This document shows, one piece after another, positions 1-15,701 of a stretch of 64,000 nucleotides of DNA. Below the pieces are notes generated by a model, which ran no database searches, was not told the origin of the DNA, and saw nothing but the letters and a program-made list of their open reading frames with translations. Source of the DNA: Eledone cirrhosa (lineage: Eukaryota); contig CAXHJY010001315.1 in assembly GCA_964016885.1 (NCBI GenBank), positions 1-64,000 of the forward strand, written 5' to 3'. How positions within the stretch are numbered: the stretch's first letter is position 1; the number at the start of each line of letters is the position of its first letter. A program made the position numbers and the translations under genes.

Positions 1-50
1 TTTCGAGTTCACAGCTCTGATACTATGGGCATGTGGTTAGAATGTCTCTA
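1..50 (+). mobile_element. Fragment of the same RTE segment as the 99-bp satellite
   Basis: CACAGCTCTGATACTATGGGCATGTGGTTAGAATGTCTC matches the reverse complement of the satellite unit. Confidence 0.65.
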
Positions 51-275
51 GCAGTTCTATTATAAAAGATTTAAAAGTTTAGGTGGTCCACAGGAAAATA
101 TTACTTATTTTGGTGGTCCACCTGGGCTAACCTATCTAACCTATTAGATTGGTAGAGCGTCGCACATCATGTTTTGCTGACTAGAGTTACGTCCTTTTAC
201 GTTCTGAGTTGAAATGTGTCTATGTTTTTGGTCATGTCCCATAACGTACCCGTTCGACAGTACCAGTCATGAAAA

Positions 276-1272
<997 letters not shown>

Positions 1273-1380
1273 CTTCTAAATCAGCTATTGCTACTAATAC
1301 TAATACTAATACTATATATACCACTAGCATCATAACTATCACCGCCACATCCACCATCAACGCCACCTCCACAACTAACA

Positions 1381-2110
1381 CCACCTCCACCACTATCACG
1401 TCTACTACAACCACCTCCACCACTATCACGTCTACTACAACCACCTCCACCACTATCACGTCTACCACAACCACCTCCACCACTATCACGTCTACCACAA
1501 CCACCTCCACCACTATCACGTCTACCACAACCACCTCCACCACTATCACGTCTACCACAACCACCTCCACCACTATCACGTTTATCACAACCACCTCCAC
1601 CACTATCACATCTATCACAACCACCTCCACCACTATCACATCTATCACAACCACCTCCACCACTATTACGTCTATCACAACCACCTCCACCACTATCACA
1701 TCTACTACAACCACCTCCACCACTATCACGTCTATCACAACCACCTCCACCACTATCACGTCTATCACAACCACCTCCACCACTATCACATCTACTACAA
1801 CCACCTCCACCACTATCACGTCTACCACAACCACCTCCACCACTATCACGTCTACCACAACCACCTCCACCACTATCACGTTTATCACAACCACCTCCAC
1901 CACTATCACATCTATCACAACCACCTCCACCACTATCACGTCTATCACAACCACCTCCACCACTATCACGTCTATCACAACCACCTCCACCACTATCACA
2001 TCTATCACAACCACCTCCACCACTATCACGTCTATCACAACCACCTCCACCACTATCACAACCACCTCCACCGCTATCACAACCACCTCCACCACTATCA
2101 CGTCTACTAC
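1381..2110. repeat. 30-bp minisatellite (CCACCTCCACCACTATCACGTCTAYCACAA), about 23 copies, within an (ACC)n-rich low-complexity block 1320-2790
   Basis: Direct 30-bp periodicity. Confidence 0.95.
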
Positions 2111-3583
2111 AACCAACAACACCACCACCATCGGTTCTGCCATAAACCAACACCATTACTGTGACCCCTCCACCACTAACTCCAGCCCCTCACCACCACC
2201 ATCAACCCCACCACCCTTACTATCACGCCCGTCACTTCACCCACAACACCGACCAACCCCACCAAAACTACTACCACCCTCGTTACTAGCAACACGACTC
2301 CCCACACCGCATCCACCAACACCACCACCACCACCAGCACCATCACCTCTACCATCAACACCATCACCAACGCCAAAACCATCACCACCACCGCAACCAC
2401 TGCCACCACCATCAAAACCACCACCACCTTCACCACCTCCACCACCACCATCAACACCACCAACACCACCGCTACCACCGCTACCACCACCACCACCACC
2501 AACACCACTGCCACCATCACCATCACTACTACCACCACAACCTTCACCATCACCACTACCACCACAACCTTCACCATCACCACCACCACCGCCACCCACC
2601 ACCACCACCACCAACACCACTACCACCCTCACCACCACCACCACCACCACCACCACCACCACCACAACCACTACCACCACAATCTTCACCAGCACCACCA
2701 CCACCACCACCACCACTACCACCACAACCACCTCCACGACCACCACTACCACCACCACCACCACCACCACCACCACCACCACCACCATATAATGACAACG
2801 CCGTGACAAAGAGCTCGACAGTATTCCCTTAAAATAGCTATTTTCTCTGATTTATAGCATCGCTAGTGAGAATTTCGGAAGATTTTCTGTTTTTATCTTG
2901 TTGTTATTGTTGTTGTTACTACTGCTTTTCTTGTTGTTGTTATTGTTGTTGTTGGTGGTGGTGGTGGTATTGGTGATTTTGTTGTTGTTGTTGTTGCTGT
3001 TGTTTTTGTTGTTAGTGGTGGTGGTAGTGGTGGCGGTGGTGGTACTGGTGATGTTGGTGTTTTTTGTTGTCGTTGTTGTCGTTGTTGGTGGTGGTGTTGG
3101 TGGTGGTGTTGTTGTTGTTGTCGTTGTTGGTGGTGGTGGTGCTGGTGGTGGTGGTGGTGGAGGTGTTTTTGTTGCTGCTCTAGTTGCTATTGTTGTCGTT
3201 GTTGGTGTCGTAATGGTGTTTGTTTCAGTTGTTGTTGTTGTTGGTGGTGGTGCTGGTGATGCTGGTGATGTTGGTGTTGTTTTTTTTTTGTGGGGTGGGG
3301 TTCTTGTTTTGTATAGTGGTTTTCGTTCTTCTATTGATACGTTAGTCTGGAAACTATTTGTTCTGGCTCACATTCGTTCTGAGTTCAAATCCAAGGCGTA
3401 ACTAAGGTATGGCAAACATGTCACTTGCCATGGGTGCCACATAAAGGGGGCACCACTTGAACTAAGAGCACGTTCTATTAAAGTCAAATAAACCTTGGAA
3501 GAAAAACACCTTCAGATGATGTGTCTTTGATTATCAGGGATGAGAACACGATGGTAGAAGGTTTATACACGGAGCATCTACAG

Positions 3584-3934
3584 CAGGTGGTCCCAACCAT
3601 TTCGGCATCAACGCCTACTTTCACATGGAAAATATTTCCACCACCCTCCTGTATAATAAATATTCAAAAGTATAGCAAAAATGTTTGGTAAAGGTTTGTT
3701 ACTGGTTCGTTATTCCTATTTACCCTCATGTTTTGTTTTTATACAGGTTCTTTGAATATCTCCTTTGAATATTCTTTTACGGGTTGCATATTTTGAAATA
3801 TCTTATTAATACTCAAAATTCTATATCCTCCAAAATTTCCAATCGCCCACCATTTTCTGTTCAACTGCTCATCACCCATCCAACAATTGAAATCGTACAT
3901 GGGTGGGCGATATCACCCGGGTTGGGAAACCCTG
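3584..3934. mobile_element. Older hAT (Charlie-like) MITE
   Basis: TIRs CAGGTGGTCCCAACC / GGTTGGGAAACCCTG. Degenerate 8-bp TSD ATCTACAG / ATATACTG. Confidence 0.7.
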
Positions 3935-4649
3935 ATATACTGCAAAACATACCGTCCAACTCTCTTACAATTCTGCCAATCCTTCCCTCCACCCCCGATC
4001 TTGTACCTTATTTATCGATCCCGTTGTAAATATTACTACATTATTGGTGAGCAGTATCGGTAGAGGATCGGACGGATGCCATGCTTTACAGCATAGCGTT
4101 ACGCCCCTTTACTGGGTCGATAAACACTATTGTATATATACACTAATTTTAGTCTGTATATATACAATACACTCTATTTCCATTATATACACTAATTATA
4201 CCCTATATGTACTATGTAAACTATATACACTCTAGACAACAATTACACACTATATATACACTACATGTACACTATATACTCTAAGTATACACTATGTATA
4301 TGCTCTATACAACGATATACAATATATACGCTCATTATACACTTATTTTACTCTGTATATACACTATATACTATATTTCTATTTTATACACTAATGACGA
4401 GGTTAACTTTGCCTTTCATCCTTACGGGGTCGATAAATAAAGTACCAGTAATGCATTGGGGCAATTGCTGGCCTTGTGCCAAAAGTAGAAACAATTATTA
4501 GTGAAACAGTTTGGAGGCATTTGCTCTATGTATTCTCTTCTTTCTCTCTCTCCTCTCTCTTCCTCTTTCCTCCTTCTCTATCTTCCTCTCTCTTCCCCTC
4601 TCCTCTCTATATTCTTCTCTCCTCTCTCCCTCTCTTCCGCTCTCTCTTC

Positions 4650-4680
<31 letters not shown>

Positions 4681-5074
4681 TCCTCTCTCCTCTCTATCTT
4701 CCTCTTTCTTCTCTCACTTCTTCACTCCTCTCTATCTTCCTCTCTCTTCTCTATATTCCTCTCTCCTCTTTTTCCTTCTCTTTCTCTCCTATCTCTCTCA
4801 TTCAGATGTGTTCAAACCTAGAAAGGGATGACTTCTACAAGGTTTTATTGTTACGACAGCGCCCCCGTGACACTACAACGGCACCCCATGACACAATCGG
4901 GGCACATAGCATGACATGGCATGTTTATTCTTGTTTGATCTATGTATTTCCAGTCCTCTGTTCAGGGAAGATGTAAACAGCCGGTTGAAAATATGATAAA
5001 AACCAAAATGCAACACAGGAAGGGAAAAACGAAGACTATTACACGAAAGATTTGGTTCATCGAGAGATAGAGAT

Positions 5075-5252
<178 letters not shown>

Positions 5253-6163
5253 ATATCTATATATATAATATATATATTTATAATATATATATATATATAT
5301 ATATATAGATAGATAGATAGATAGATAGATAAAAAGAAATTCTTTGTGAATGCACTTTTTATGGTAAGAATGAAAGAGAAAGAGAAATAGGAGAGAGAGA
5401 AAGAAAGAGAGAGAGAGAGAGATAGAGAGAGAGAGATGACGACGATGACGACGAAAACAACGATGAAGATGATAATGCTGATGATGAGGAACAATTGAGG
5501 ATATGTGAGGCAAGTGATTAAAAATGGAAGTAAAAGTAAGCTGCTAAGACAGATCTTGTCCAGTTGTTTTGATGGAGTAGTTATGAGCGCTAAATCAGCC
5601 ACTTACCACTAGATGTGACATGCCGTTTTAACTGGTCATAAAATCTAATATATAGAAGCTGCCTTTTACGCCTGGTCAGGCACGTGTTCACTGGCTCACT
5701 TTTACACCTCACCTCTTCAAGCAAAATATACCCCATTCGTTCGTTGATCGCCTCTTCAAACTATCAGTCGAAAGATATTTCTTATTTTTATTATTTTTAT
5801 TTTTATACTTATTGTTATTTTTATTAGTCTTATTTTTATTTTTATTGTAATTTTTATTTTATTTTTTTTTTATTATTTTTTTTTTTTTTTAAGCTTCTAT
5901 TTTTCCTATTTGATGATCGGCAACAACTGCTAGTCCACTCACTCCTCCATAAAAACCTCATCCAAGCCGCTGTACATATGTATGCCCTCGCATTTAACCC
6001 ATAGCTATCACCACCATCATTAAAGTTCTGGGCATTATATATATGGAAAGAGAGCTAAATGTGGGTGGAATGAGAAGAAAAGGAGAAAAGAAAGAGCATA
6101 TGTAAAAGGTGGAGGTTAAGTAAAAAAAAAATACATATAACATATATATATACATATAATATA

Positions 6164-6290
<127 letters not shown>

Positions 6291-6562
6291 CATGTATATA
6301 TATATATATATATATAAAGCTGTATATAGATAGAAAGACAGCAAGATTGGTGGAAAGCTGGACAATGAAACACCTGTGAATGCATTAATGAATGTCTCAA
6401 AATGGAAGGAAATTAAAGTAAGGTAGGAACGCAAAGTAAGTTTTATTAGCCGATGTGAAATAATACCGGATGAAAGGAAACGTGAAAAAAACGGGGAACA
6501 TCAGATCACTTTCCTCTCAACGCTGTATAGTGGTCATATATATATATGTGTGTGTGTGTGCG

Positions 6563-6652
<90 letters not shown>

Positions 6653-7532
6653 TGTGTGTGTGTGTGCGCGTGTGTATGAGTGTGTGAGTGTATACGTATG
6701 TATGCCTGACCCTTAACCAGACCGACATATATGTGTGTATATATACATACACACACACACACCCAGACATATATATATATATATATATATGAGAGAGGGA
6801 GAGAGTGTTTGAGAGAGAGACTGTTAGATAGAATGATAAATAGGTAGATATATACATATCCATATATGCATGTATACATATCCATATATGCATGCATACA
6901 TATCCATATATGCATGCATACATATATGCATACATACATGCATACATATATACATGTATACATGCATATATACATTTACACAGGAAGACATACATGCATA
7001 CATACATACATACATACATACATACGTACATATTTGTGAATATATATATATGTATATATATATGTATATATATGTATATATATGCAACAGTTTTTCTTGT
7101 GGATATATATTGAAAATAAAAGGACTGCTTTCTAAATTTAGTTTTTGAGTTTAGAGTTCCTAACATTTTCTTTAAATTTCGTTGCAGTTTATTGGAACAA
7201 CAAAGGCATCCTCAAACCTTACTAGATGTTTATTCCCTTTCCACCTATGAGATCCTAACTCCTGGTAGAATACCAGGATGAAAAGAAAATGAAAGGGGCG
7301 ATAGGCAAGATCCCAGACTTCATTCGGTTAACGAATGATAAAGATTTTATCAAATGGAACCAAGGAAACATTGTTTCTATTGGTCTTTCCATTACTCATT
7401 TTATCTACTGGTCGCAATATCTGGTAGAAAAAACAACGTGAAATAAAGTGTCTTGCTCAATGACATAACGCTTCGCCCAGTACGGGATCGAAATCGCAAC
7501 CTCATGATTGTGAATCTACCTACAGTCTAGAG

Positions 7533-7886
7533 CAGGGGATCTCAACCTGGTCCATGTGGACCACTAGTGGTCCACAGGAAAATTCAGGTGGTCCACACAA
7601 AATTTTCAATAGCAAATTCTTTTTTGATCCATGCATTTGTCTAAAAGCGCTGTTCTTATTCTTCGCATAAGTACGACTTCAGCTGTTTATTTGCGTAGAT
7701 TTTTACGCACTGCGACATGATAATAGCATTTTCTAATTCATTAAAAAAAAACATCTACTGATGCTTATAAGTAGCTGTTTATTTGCGTAGATTCTATTAC
7801 AAAAAATTTAAAAGTTTAGGTGGTCTACAGGAAAAAATTATTTATTTTGGTGGTCCACAGCAAAAAAAAAAGGTTGAGAACCCCTG
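7533..7886. mobile_element. hAT (Charlie-like) MITE, 354 bp; partial related copy at ~52-122
   Basis: TIRs CAGGGGATCTCAACCT / AGGTTGAGAACCCCTG. Perfect 8-bp TSD GTCTAGAG (7525-7532, 7887-7894) fitting the NTCTAGAN target of Charlie elements. Confidence 0.92.
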
Positions 7887-8386
7887 GTCTAGAGCATCAA
7901 AACTTCCAGAGAGACTAACAGTAAGAAAGTGAGAAAGATATCGAAGAAGATTCGACCATAATAATTGTCTGGTAATTTATTTATCAACCTCCAAAGGACG
8001 AAAGGCAAAGTTGAGCCCGGCGGTATTTAAATTCTAAACTCAGAGAACAGAGAACCGGATCAAATGCTGTGATACCTTCGTACCGGAAGTCAGACGACAC
8101 AAAGGTTTCAACAGCTTAAACTTTCATCTAAAAATATCCAAACTTATTCCTAATATAAAACTTCTCTATCTTTCCTCCACATCCTGTTGATTCTATTAAA
8201 ATATTTCACTAAGATATATATATCTTATTTATATTTTAGTATATATTTATTTATTGTTATTGTTATTTTATTCTTTCTCTCTTTTAAGCTAAAAGAGAGT
8301 TTCAACCCATCATTTTACGAAATAAATCTATATCAATGTATAGTTAAAATGCATTTGACGTATTTAACTTTGTACAGGTACAATGC

Positions 8387-8430
<44 letters not shown>

Positions 8431-8533
8431 GTACTTATACATACATACATAAATATATGTATGTATGTATGTATGACAATGTATGTATGTGGATATGAAT
8501 GCATATGTATATATGTATGTATATATATATATA

Positions 8534-8613
<80 letters not shown>

Positions 8614-8907
8614 TGTATGTGTATAGTACTGAGTCCATAAAATAGCCCGCCGACCGGTGGTAATGAAGCTAAATTAACTACGTTCTTTATGGACCTCTCC
8701 AGAGGGAGAGGAGAGAATACATACATAGATAGATATCAGGGCTAGTTGAATAAATCAAATAGATGATATACAACTCCGACTTACGTGGATATCTCAATTA
8801 ACACACCTCCCGCTGATTTTATTTTCTACTAAAACCTAAATTGATCTGTCTCTTTTCATCTAGTATGTATATATATTATACGGATTTGTCGCACATGTAT
8901 AAATACA

Positions 8908-8973
<66 letters not shown>

Positions 8974-8992
8974 GTATATATATATATATATA

Positions 8993-9042
<50 letters not shown>

Positions 9043-9047
<5 letters not shown>

Positions 9048-9235
9048 GAAAAAGTATGACCCCTAGGGCAGAACTCAAGCCGTTTCGACGGGTATTTCTG
9101 GACCAGAAATAGCCGACGAAACGGCTTGAGCTCTGCCGTCGGGGTCATACTTTTTCCTATTTCCAACTCTACTACCCTAAGTATTGAGTACTCTGGTGGT
9201 TATGGTCCATATGGTTCCTTACCACAATTCCTTTG

Positions 9236-9240
<5 letters not shown>
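9043..9240. mobile_element. Family-A palindromic (TA)n insert (other copies or fragments: 18818-18960, 19981-20190, 20425-20486, 21063-21175, 28298-28397, 44599-44722, 53722-53828)
   Basis: Shared ...CCAGAATTAGCCGTCGAAACGGCTTGAGCTC...TTCCTAT(tail)...CCTTCGTTATA. Imperfect palindrome centred about 9102, always next to (TA)n. Confidence 0.8.
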
Positions 9241-9279
<39 letters not shown>

Positions 9280-9366
9280 TTATACATGTATATATAAATG
9301 TATATATACATATATACATATGTATGCGCATGAATGTGTATGTATAGATATACCTACACTCACACT

Positions 9367-9399
<33 letters not shown>

Positions 9400-10607
9400 T
9401 TGATGGATCTCCGTCGGTTCATACGACAACTGCTCTAGTCGATCAGTTGTTGAACACCTGCAAATGAAATTAACAAACAAATAACTAAGCCTTCCACAAA
9501 CACATATATAAAACACTGAACGTAGTTCTCAGGGAGATTCAGCTTGAGTGATTTTCTTTTACACTGATATCCCTTTGAAACACAGGTGAAACTTATGTTT
9601 TCCAGGTGAGTGGAAGGGAACTAGGTGAAAAAACAATATCTTGCTCAAGGACCTAGCGCTGCCCTAGTCCAATCAGATAGAAAAACAAAAAAAGTTCTGT
9701 ATCTGTGATTCAAATGGTTAACCTTGTCATACATTGAGACACACGGAATCTCCCTGAGTATTATATTATTGACACAGGTGTCTGCGAAATGACCAGCGAT
9801 TCGCACGTTGATTGTAGGAGCAAACTGTTCCGTAGGTCAAACAACTTGAAGATTGGTTGACGGTCATTGAACACTCTCAAGTATTGTTACAGATATAAAC
9901 TAAAGAAGAAAAACAAATTTCAAATGAACAAAGCGCAAAAAATTTTAAAAACCAGCAGCAACAACCACAATTCACATACTCGCATAGTTGTGTATTAAAT
10001 CCTTCCTTGTCGGTTCTCAGCTATTGTTCCACCAGGTGGCTTTAGTGAGTATAAAAATCCAGCAACAAATGATATTATTCTCTCACGGTAACACCAAATT
10101 CTCAAATTATTCCTACCATACTTGCTGAACAACATTCATGAGTAATATTATAATATACAACATCACCTCCGTACTTTTCAGGCTTTTACAATAAAGATAA
10201 ATGCTTTTGTTTCAGACCTGAATCTTTTTGTTTAAAGTGAAATGAATAAATTAATAAACAAACAAATAAATAAATAGGAGTTTATTTTATATAGGAGTTT
10301 ATTTTATTTTATTTTATTTTATTTCAACGTTCGTGTAGAGCTACTAAGCCATGACAGACTGAGAAATGTATCTAATATTATTTAGAAGTTAGAACCGGAA
10401 ACGGACGAGGACGAGAGAGAGAAAGAGGGGCAGGGGTAAAAATTGAGAGAGATGGTATCAGCAATAGAAGTACAGATGGAAACATTGATTCCTTGGTCCG
10501 ATCTGACGAATTCTACCCCACACAGTAAGCGAATGATGTCTGGAATCTTGTTGGCTCGGATTGATAAATCACATTTAAAATATTCTGAGAATATACAGTT
10601 CGGACTT

Positions 10608-10900
10608 GTTCTTCTTCTTCTTCTTCTTCTTCTTCTTCTTCTTCTTCTTCTTCTTCTTCTTCTTCTTCTTCTTCTTCTTCTTCTTCTTCTTCTTCTTCTT
10701 CTTCTTCTTCTTCTTCTTCTTTACCTCGCACTTATTTCTGAGAGGGTCCTGTCACAAGCAACCGTTTCCAACTGATCTGAATGGATCACCAAGCGTGACC
10801 AGCCAAGCTCATGGATGTTATACAACCATCTTGCCTCGAGGTCTACCGCTGCGTCTCCTACCTATTTCGCCCGTAAAAATCTGTTCTACGATTCCTTCCT
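10608..10900 (-). mobile_element. RTE (Rex3/Expander-like) LINE 3' end with (GAA)n tail
   Basis: Minus translation with one frameshift: ...EQIFTGEIGRRRSGRPR/ARWLYNIHELGWSRLVIHSDQLETVACDR. (CTT)n at 10608-10720. Confidence 0.75.
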
Positions 10901-13900
10901 GAGACATTCTAACCACATGTCCATAGTATTAGAGCTGTGGTCTCTCAATTCTGAGAAGTAGTCACTCTACCTGGTGTGACTCTCCAGTGATTCTTTCCGG
11001 AGACATTCTAACCACATGTCCATAGTATTAGAGCTGTGGTCTCTCAATTCTGAGAAGTAGTCACTCAACCTCGTGTGACTCTCCAGTGATTCTTTCCGGA
11101 GACATTCTAACCACATGTCCATAGTATTAGAGCTGTGGTCTCTCAATTCTGAGATGTAGTCACTCTACCTGGTGTGACTCTCCAGTGATTCTTTCCTGAG
11201 ACATTCTAACCACATGTCCATAGTATTAGAGCTGTGGTCTCTCAATTCTGAGAAGTAGTCACTCTACCTGGTGTGACTCTCCAGTGATTCCTTCCGGAGA
11301 CATTCTAACCACATGTCCATAGTATTAGAGCTGTGGTCTCTCAATTCTGAGAAGTAGTCACTCTACCTGGTGTGACTCTCCAGTGATTCTTTCCGGAGAC
11401 ATTCTAACCACATGTCCATAGTATTAGAGCTGTGGTCTCTCAATTCTGAGAAGTAGTCACTCTACCTGGTGTGACTCTCCAGTGATTCTTTCCGGAGACA
11501 TTCTAACCACATGTCCATAGTATTAAAGCTGTGGTCTCTCAATTCTGAGAAGTAGTCACTCTACCTGGTATGACTCTCCAGTGATTCTTTCCAGAGACAT
11601 TCTAACCACATGTCCATAGTATTAGAGCTGTGGTCTCTCAATTCTGAGAAGTAGTCCCTCTACCTGGTGTGACTCTCCAGTGATTCCTTCCTGAGACATT
11701 CTAACCACATGTCCATAGTATTAGAGCTGTGGTCTCTCAATTCTGAGAAGTAGTCACTCAACCTGGTGTGACTCTCCAGTGATTCTTTCCGGAGACATTC
11801 TAACCACATGTCCATAGTATTAGAGTTGTGGTCTCTCAATTCTGAGAAGTAGTCACTCTACCTGGTGTGACTCTCCAGTGATTCTTTCCGGAGACATTCT
11901 AACCACATGTCCATAGTATTAGAGCTGTGGTCTCTCAATTCTGAGAAGTAGTCACTCTACCTGGTGTGACTCTCCAGTGATTCTTTCCGGAGACATTCTA
12001 ACCACATGTCCATAGTATTAGAGCTGTGGTCTCTCAATTCTGAGAAGTAGTCACTCTACCTGGTGTGACTCTCCGGTGATTCTTTCCGGAGACATTCTAA
12101 CCACATGTCCATAGTATTAGAGCTGTGGTCTCTCAATTCTGAGAAGTAGTCACTCTACCTGGTGTGACTCTCCAGTGATTCTTTCCGGAGACATTCTAAC
12201 CACATGTCCATAGTATTAGAGCTGTGGTCTCTCAATTCTGAGAAGTAGTCACTCTACCTGGTGTGACTCTCCAGTGATTCTTTCCGGAGACATTCTAACC
12301 ACATGTCCATAGTATTAAAGCTGTGGTCTCTCAATTCTGAGAAGTAGTCACTCTACCTGGTATGACTCTCCAGTGATTCTTTCCTGAGACATTCTAACCA
12401 CATGTCCATAGTATTAGAGCTGTGGTCTCTCAATTCTGAGAAGTAGTCACTCTACCTGGTATGACTCTCCAGTGATTCTTTCCAGAGACATTCTAACCAC
12501 ATGTCCATAGTATTAGAGCTGTGGTCTCTCAATTCTGAGAAGTAGTCACTCTACCTGGTGTGACTCTCCAGTGATTCTTTCCGGAGACATTCTAACCACA
12601 TGTCCATAGTATTAGAGCTGTGGTCTCTCAATTCTGAGATGTAGTCACTCTACCTGGTGTGACTCTCCAGTGATTCTTTCCTGAGACATTCTAACCACAT
12701 GTCCATAGTATTAGAGCTGTGGTCTCTCAATTCTGAGAAGTAGTCACTCTACCTGGTGTGACTCTCCAGTGATTCTTTCCGGAGACATTCTAACCACATG
12801 TCCATAGTATTAGAGCTGTGGTCTCTCAATTCTGAGAAGTAGTCACTCAACCTGGTGTGACTCTCCAGTGATTCTTTCCGGAGACATTCTAACCACATGT
12901 CCATAGTATTAGAGCTGTGGTCTCTCAATTCTGAGATGTAGTCACTCTACCTGGTGTGACTCTCCAGTGATTCTTTCCTGAGACATTCTAACCACATGTC
13001 CATAGTATTAGAGCTGTGGTCTCTCAATTCTGAGAAGTAGTCACTCTACCTGGTGTGACTCTCCAGTGATTCTTTCCGGAGACATTCTAACCACATGTCC
13101 ATAGTATTAGAGCTGTGGTCTCTCAATTCTGAGAAGTAGTCACTCTACCTGGTGTGACTCTCCAGTGATTCTTTCCGGAGACATTCTAACCACATGTCCA
13201 TAGTATTAAAGCTGTGGTCTCTCAATTCTGAGAAGTAGTCACTCTACCTGGTATGACTCTCCAGTGATTCTTTCCTGAGACATTCTAACCACATGTCCAT
13301 AGTATTAGAGCTGTGGTCTCTCAATTCTGAGATGTAGTCACTCTACCTGGTGTGACTCTCCAGTGATTCCTTCCTGAGACATTCTAACCACATGTCCATA
13401 GTATTAGAGCTGTGGTCTCTCAATTCTGAGAAGTAGTCACTCTACCTGGTGTGACTCTCCAGTGATTCCTTCCGGAGACATTCTAACCACATGTCCATAG
13501 TATTAGAGCTGTGGTCTCTCAATTCTGAGAAGTAGTCACTCTACCTGGTGTGACTCTCCAGTGATTCTTTCCGGAGACATTCTAACCACATGTCCATAGT
13601 ATTAGAGCTGTGGTCTCTCAATTCTGAGAAGTAGTCACTCTACCTGGTGTGACTCTCCAGTGATTCTTTCCGGAGACATTCTAACCACATGTCCATAGTA
13701 TTAAAGCTGTGGTCTCTCAATTCTGAGAAGTAGTCACTCTACCTGGTATGACTCTCCAGTGATTCTTTCCTGAGACATTCTAACCACATGTCCATAGTAT
13801 TAGAGCTGTGGTCTCTCAATTCTGAGAAGTAGTCACTCTACCTGGTATGACTCTCCAGTGATTCTTTCCAGAGACATTCTAACCACATGTCCATAGTATT

Positions 13901-15120
13901 AGAGCTGTGGTCTCTCAATTCTGAGAAGTAGTCCCTCTACCTGGTGTGACTCTCCAGTGATTCCTTCCTGAGACATTCTAACCACATGTCCATAGTATTA
14001 GAGCTGTGGTCTCTCAATTCTGAGAAGTAGTCACTCTACCTGGTGTGACTCTCCAGTGATTCTTTCCGGAGACATTCTAACCACATGTCCATAGTATTAG
14101 AGCTGTGGTCTCTCAATTCTGAGAAGTAGTCACTCAACCTGGTGTGACTCTCCAGTGATTCTTTCCGGAGACATTCTAACCACATGTCCATAGTATTAGA
14201 GTTGTGGTCTCTCAATTCTGAGAAGTAGTCACTCTACCTGGTGTGACTCTCCAGTGATTCTTTCCGGAGACATTCTAACCACATGTCCATAGTATTAGAG
14301 CTGTGGTCTCTCAATTCTGAGAAGTAGTCACTCTACCTGGTGTGACTCTCCAGTGATTCTTTCCGGAGACATTCTAACCACATGTCAATAGTATCGGAGC
14401 TGTGGTCTCTCAATTCTGAGAAGTAGTCACTCTACCTGGTGTGACTCTCCAGTGATTCTTTCCGGAGACATTCTAACCACATGTCCATAGTATTAGAGCT
14501 GTGGTCTCTCAATTCTGAGAAGTAGTCACTCTACCTGGTGTGACTCTCCAGTGATTCTTTCCGGAGACATTCTAACCACATGTCCATAGTATTAGAGCTG
14601 TGGTCTCTCAATTCTGAGAAGTAGTCACTCTACCTGGTGTGACTCTCCAGTGATTCTTTCCGGAGACATTCTAACCACATGTCCATAGTATTAGAGCTGT
14701 GGTCTCTCAATTCTGAGAAGTAGTTACTCTACCTGGTGTGACTCTCCAGTGATTCTTTCCGGAGACATTCTAACCACATGTCCATAGTATTAGAGCTGTG
14801 GTCTCTCAATTCTGAGAAGTAGTCACTCTACCTGGTGTGACTCTCCAGTGATTCTTTCCGGAGACATTCTAACCACATGTCCATAGTATTAGAGCTGTGG
14901 TCTCTCAATTCTGAGAAGTAGTTACTCTACCTGGTGTGACTCTCCAGTGATTCTTTCCGGAGACATTCTAACCACATGTCCATAGTATTAGAGCTGTGGT
15001 CTCTCAATTCTGAGAAGTAGTCACTCTACCTGGTGTGACTCTCCAGTGATTCTTTCCGGAGACATTCTAACCACATGTCAATAGTATCGGAGCTCTGATC
15101 TCTCAGTTCGCAGAAGTAAT
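10901..15120. repeat. Tandem satellite, 99-bp unit, 42 full copies (10901-15058) plus a diverged partial copy, derived from RTE coding sequence
   Basis: GAGACATTCT recurs every 99 bp (10901, 11000, 11099 ... 15059) with no net indel. Minus translation LLLRIERPQL*YYGHVVRMSPERI resembles RTE IERSQLRWFGHVVRM. Confidence 0.95.
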
Positions 15121-15574
15121 GAGATGAATATAACATTAATGGAAGACACAAAGTCAAAAAAGTTAGTAGCAACGTTTCTATTCCATGCTAATATTTGTCC
15201 AGTTATTGCATGTCTGTGACTGCAACGATGTTTTTTTTTATATTTATTACATTATATATGAATTGTTAAACGCTAGAGATATGGCAAATAAAAAGTGGAC
15301 TACTCCTGATGTATTACTACGAAAATAATAATATATATGATTCTGTGTATGTGTGGGCTGTGTGGGGTGTGTGGGGTGTGTGTGCATGTGTGCGTGTCTT
15401 TGTGAGTGTGTGCGTGAAAACAATAGTATATACAACTATGTGTGTATATGTATGTGTATATGTATGTGTATTCGTGCGTCTATGTGTGTGAATATGTACA
15501 TTTAGTCACACATTTATATATATATATTCACACTTATGTGAATGTAAGTGTGTGTGTGTATATATATATATAAA

Positions 15575-15612
<38 letters not shown>

Positions 15613-15629
15613 ATGTATATATGTATATA

Positions 15630-15701
<72 letters not shown>

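Noticed and set aside
10901-15120. 99-bp array as a CRISPR array or a coding repeat protein
   Set aside because: No unique spacers and no cas genes. The RTE-like frame has two stops per unit.
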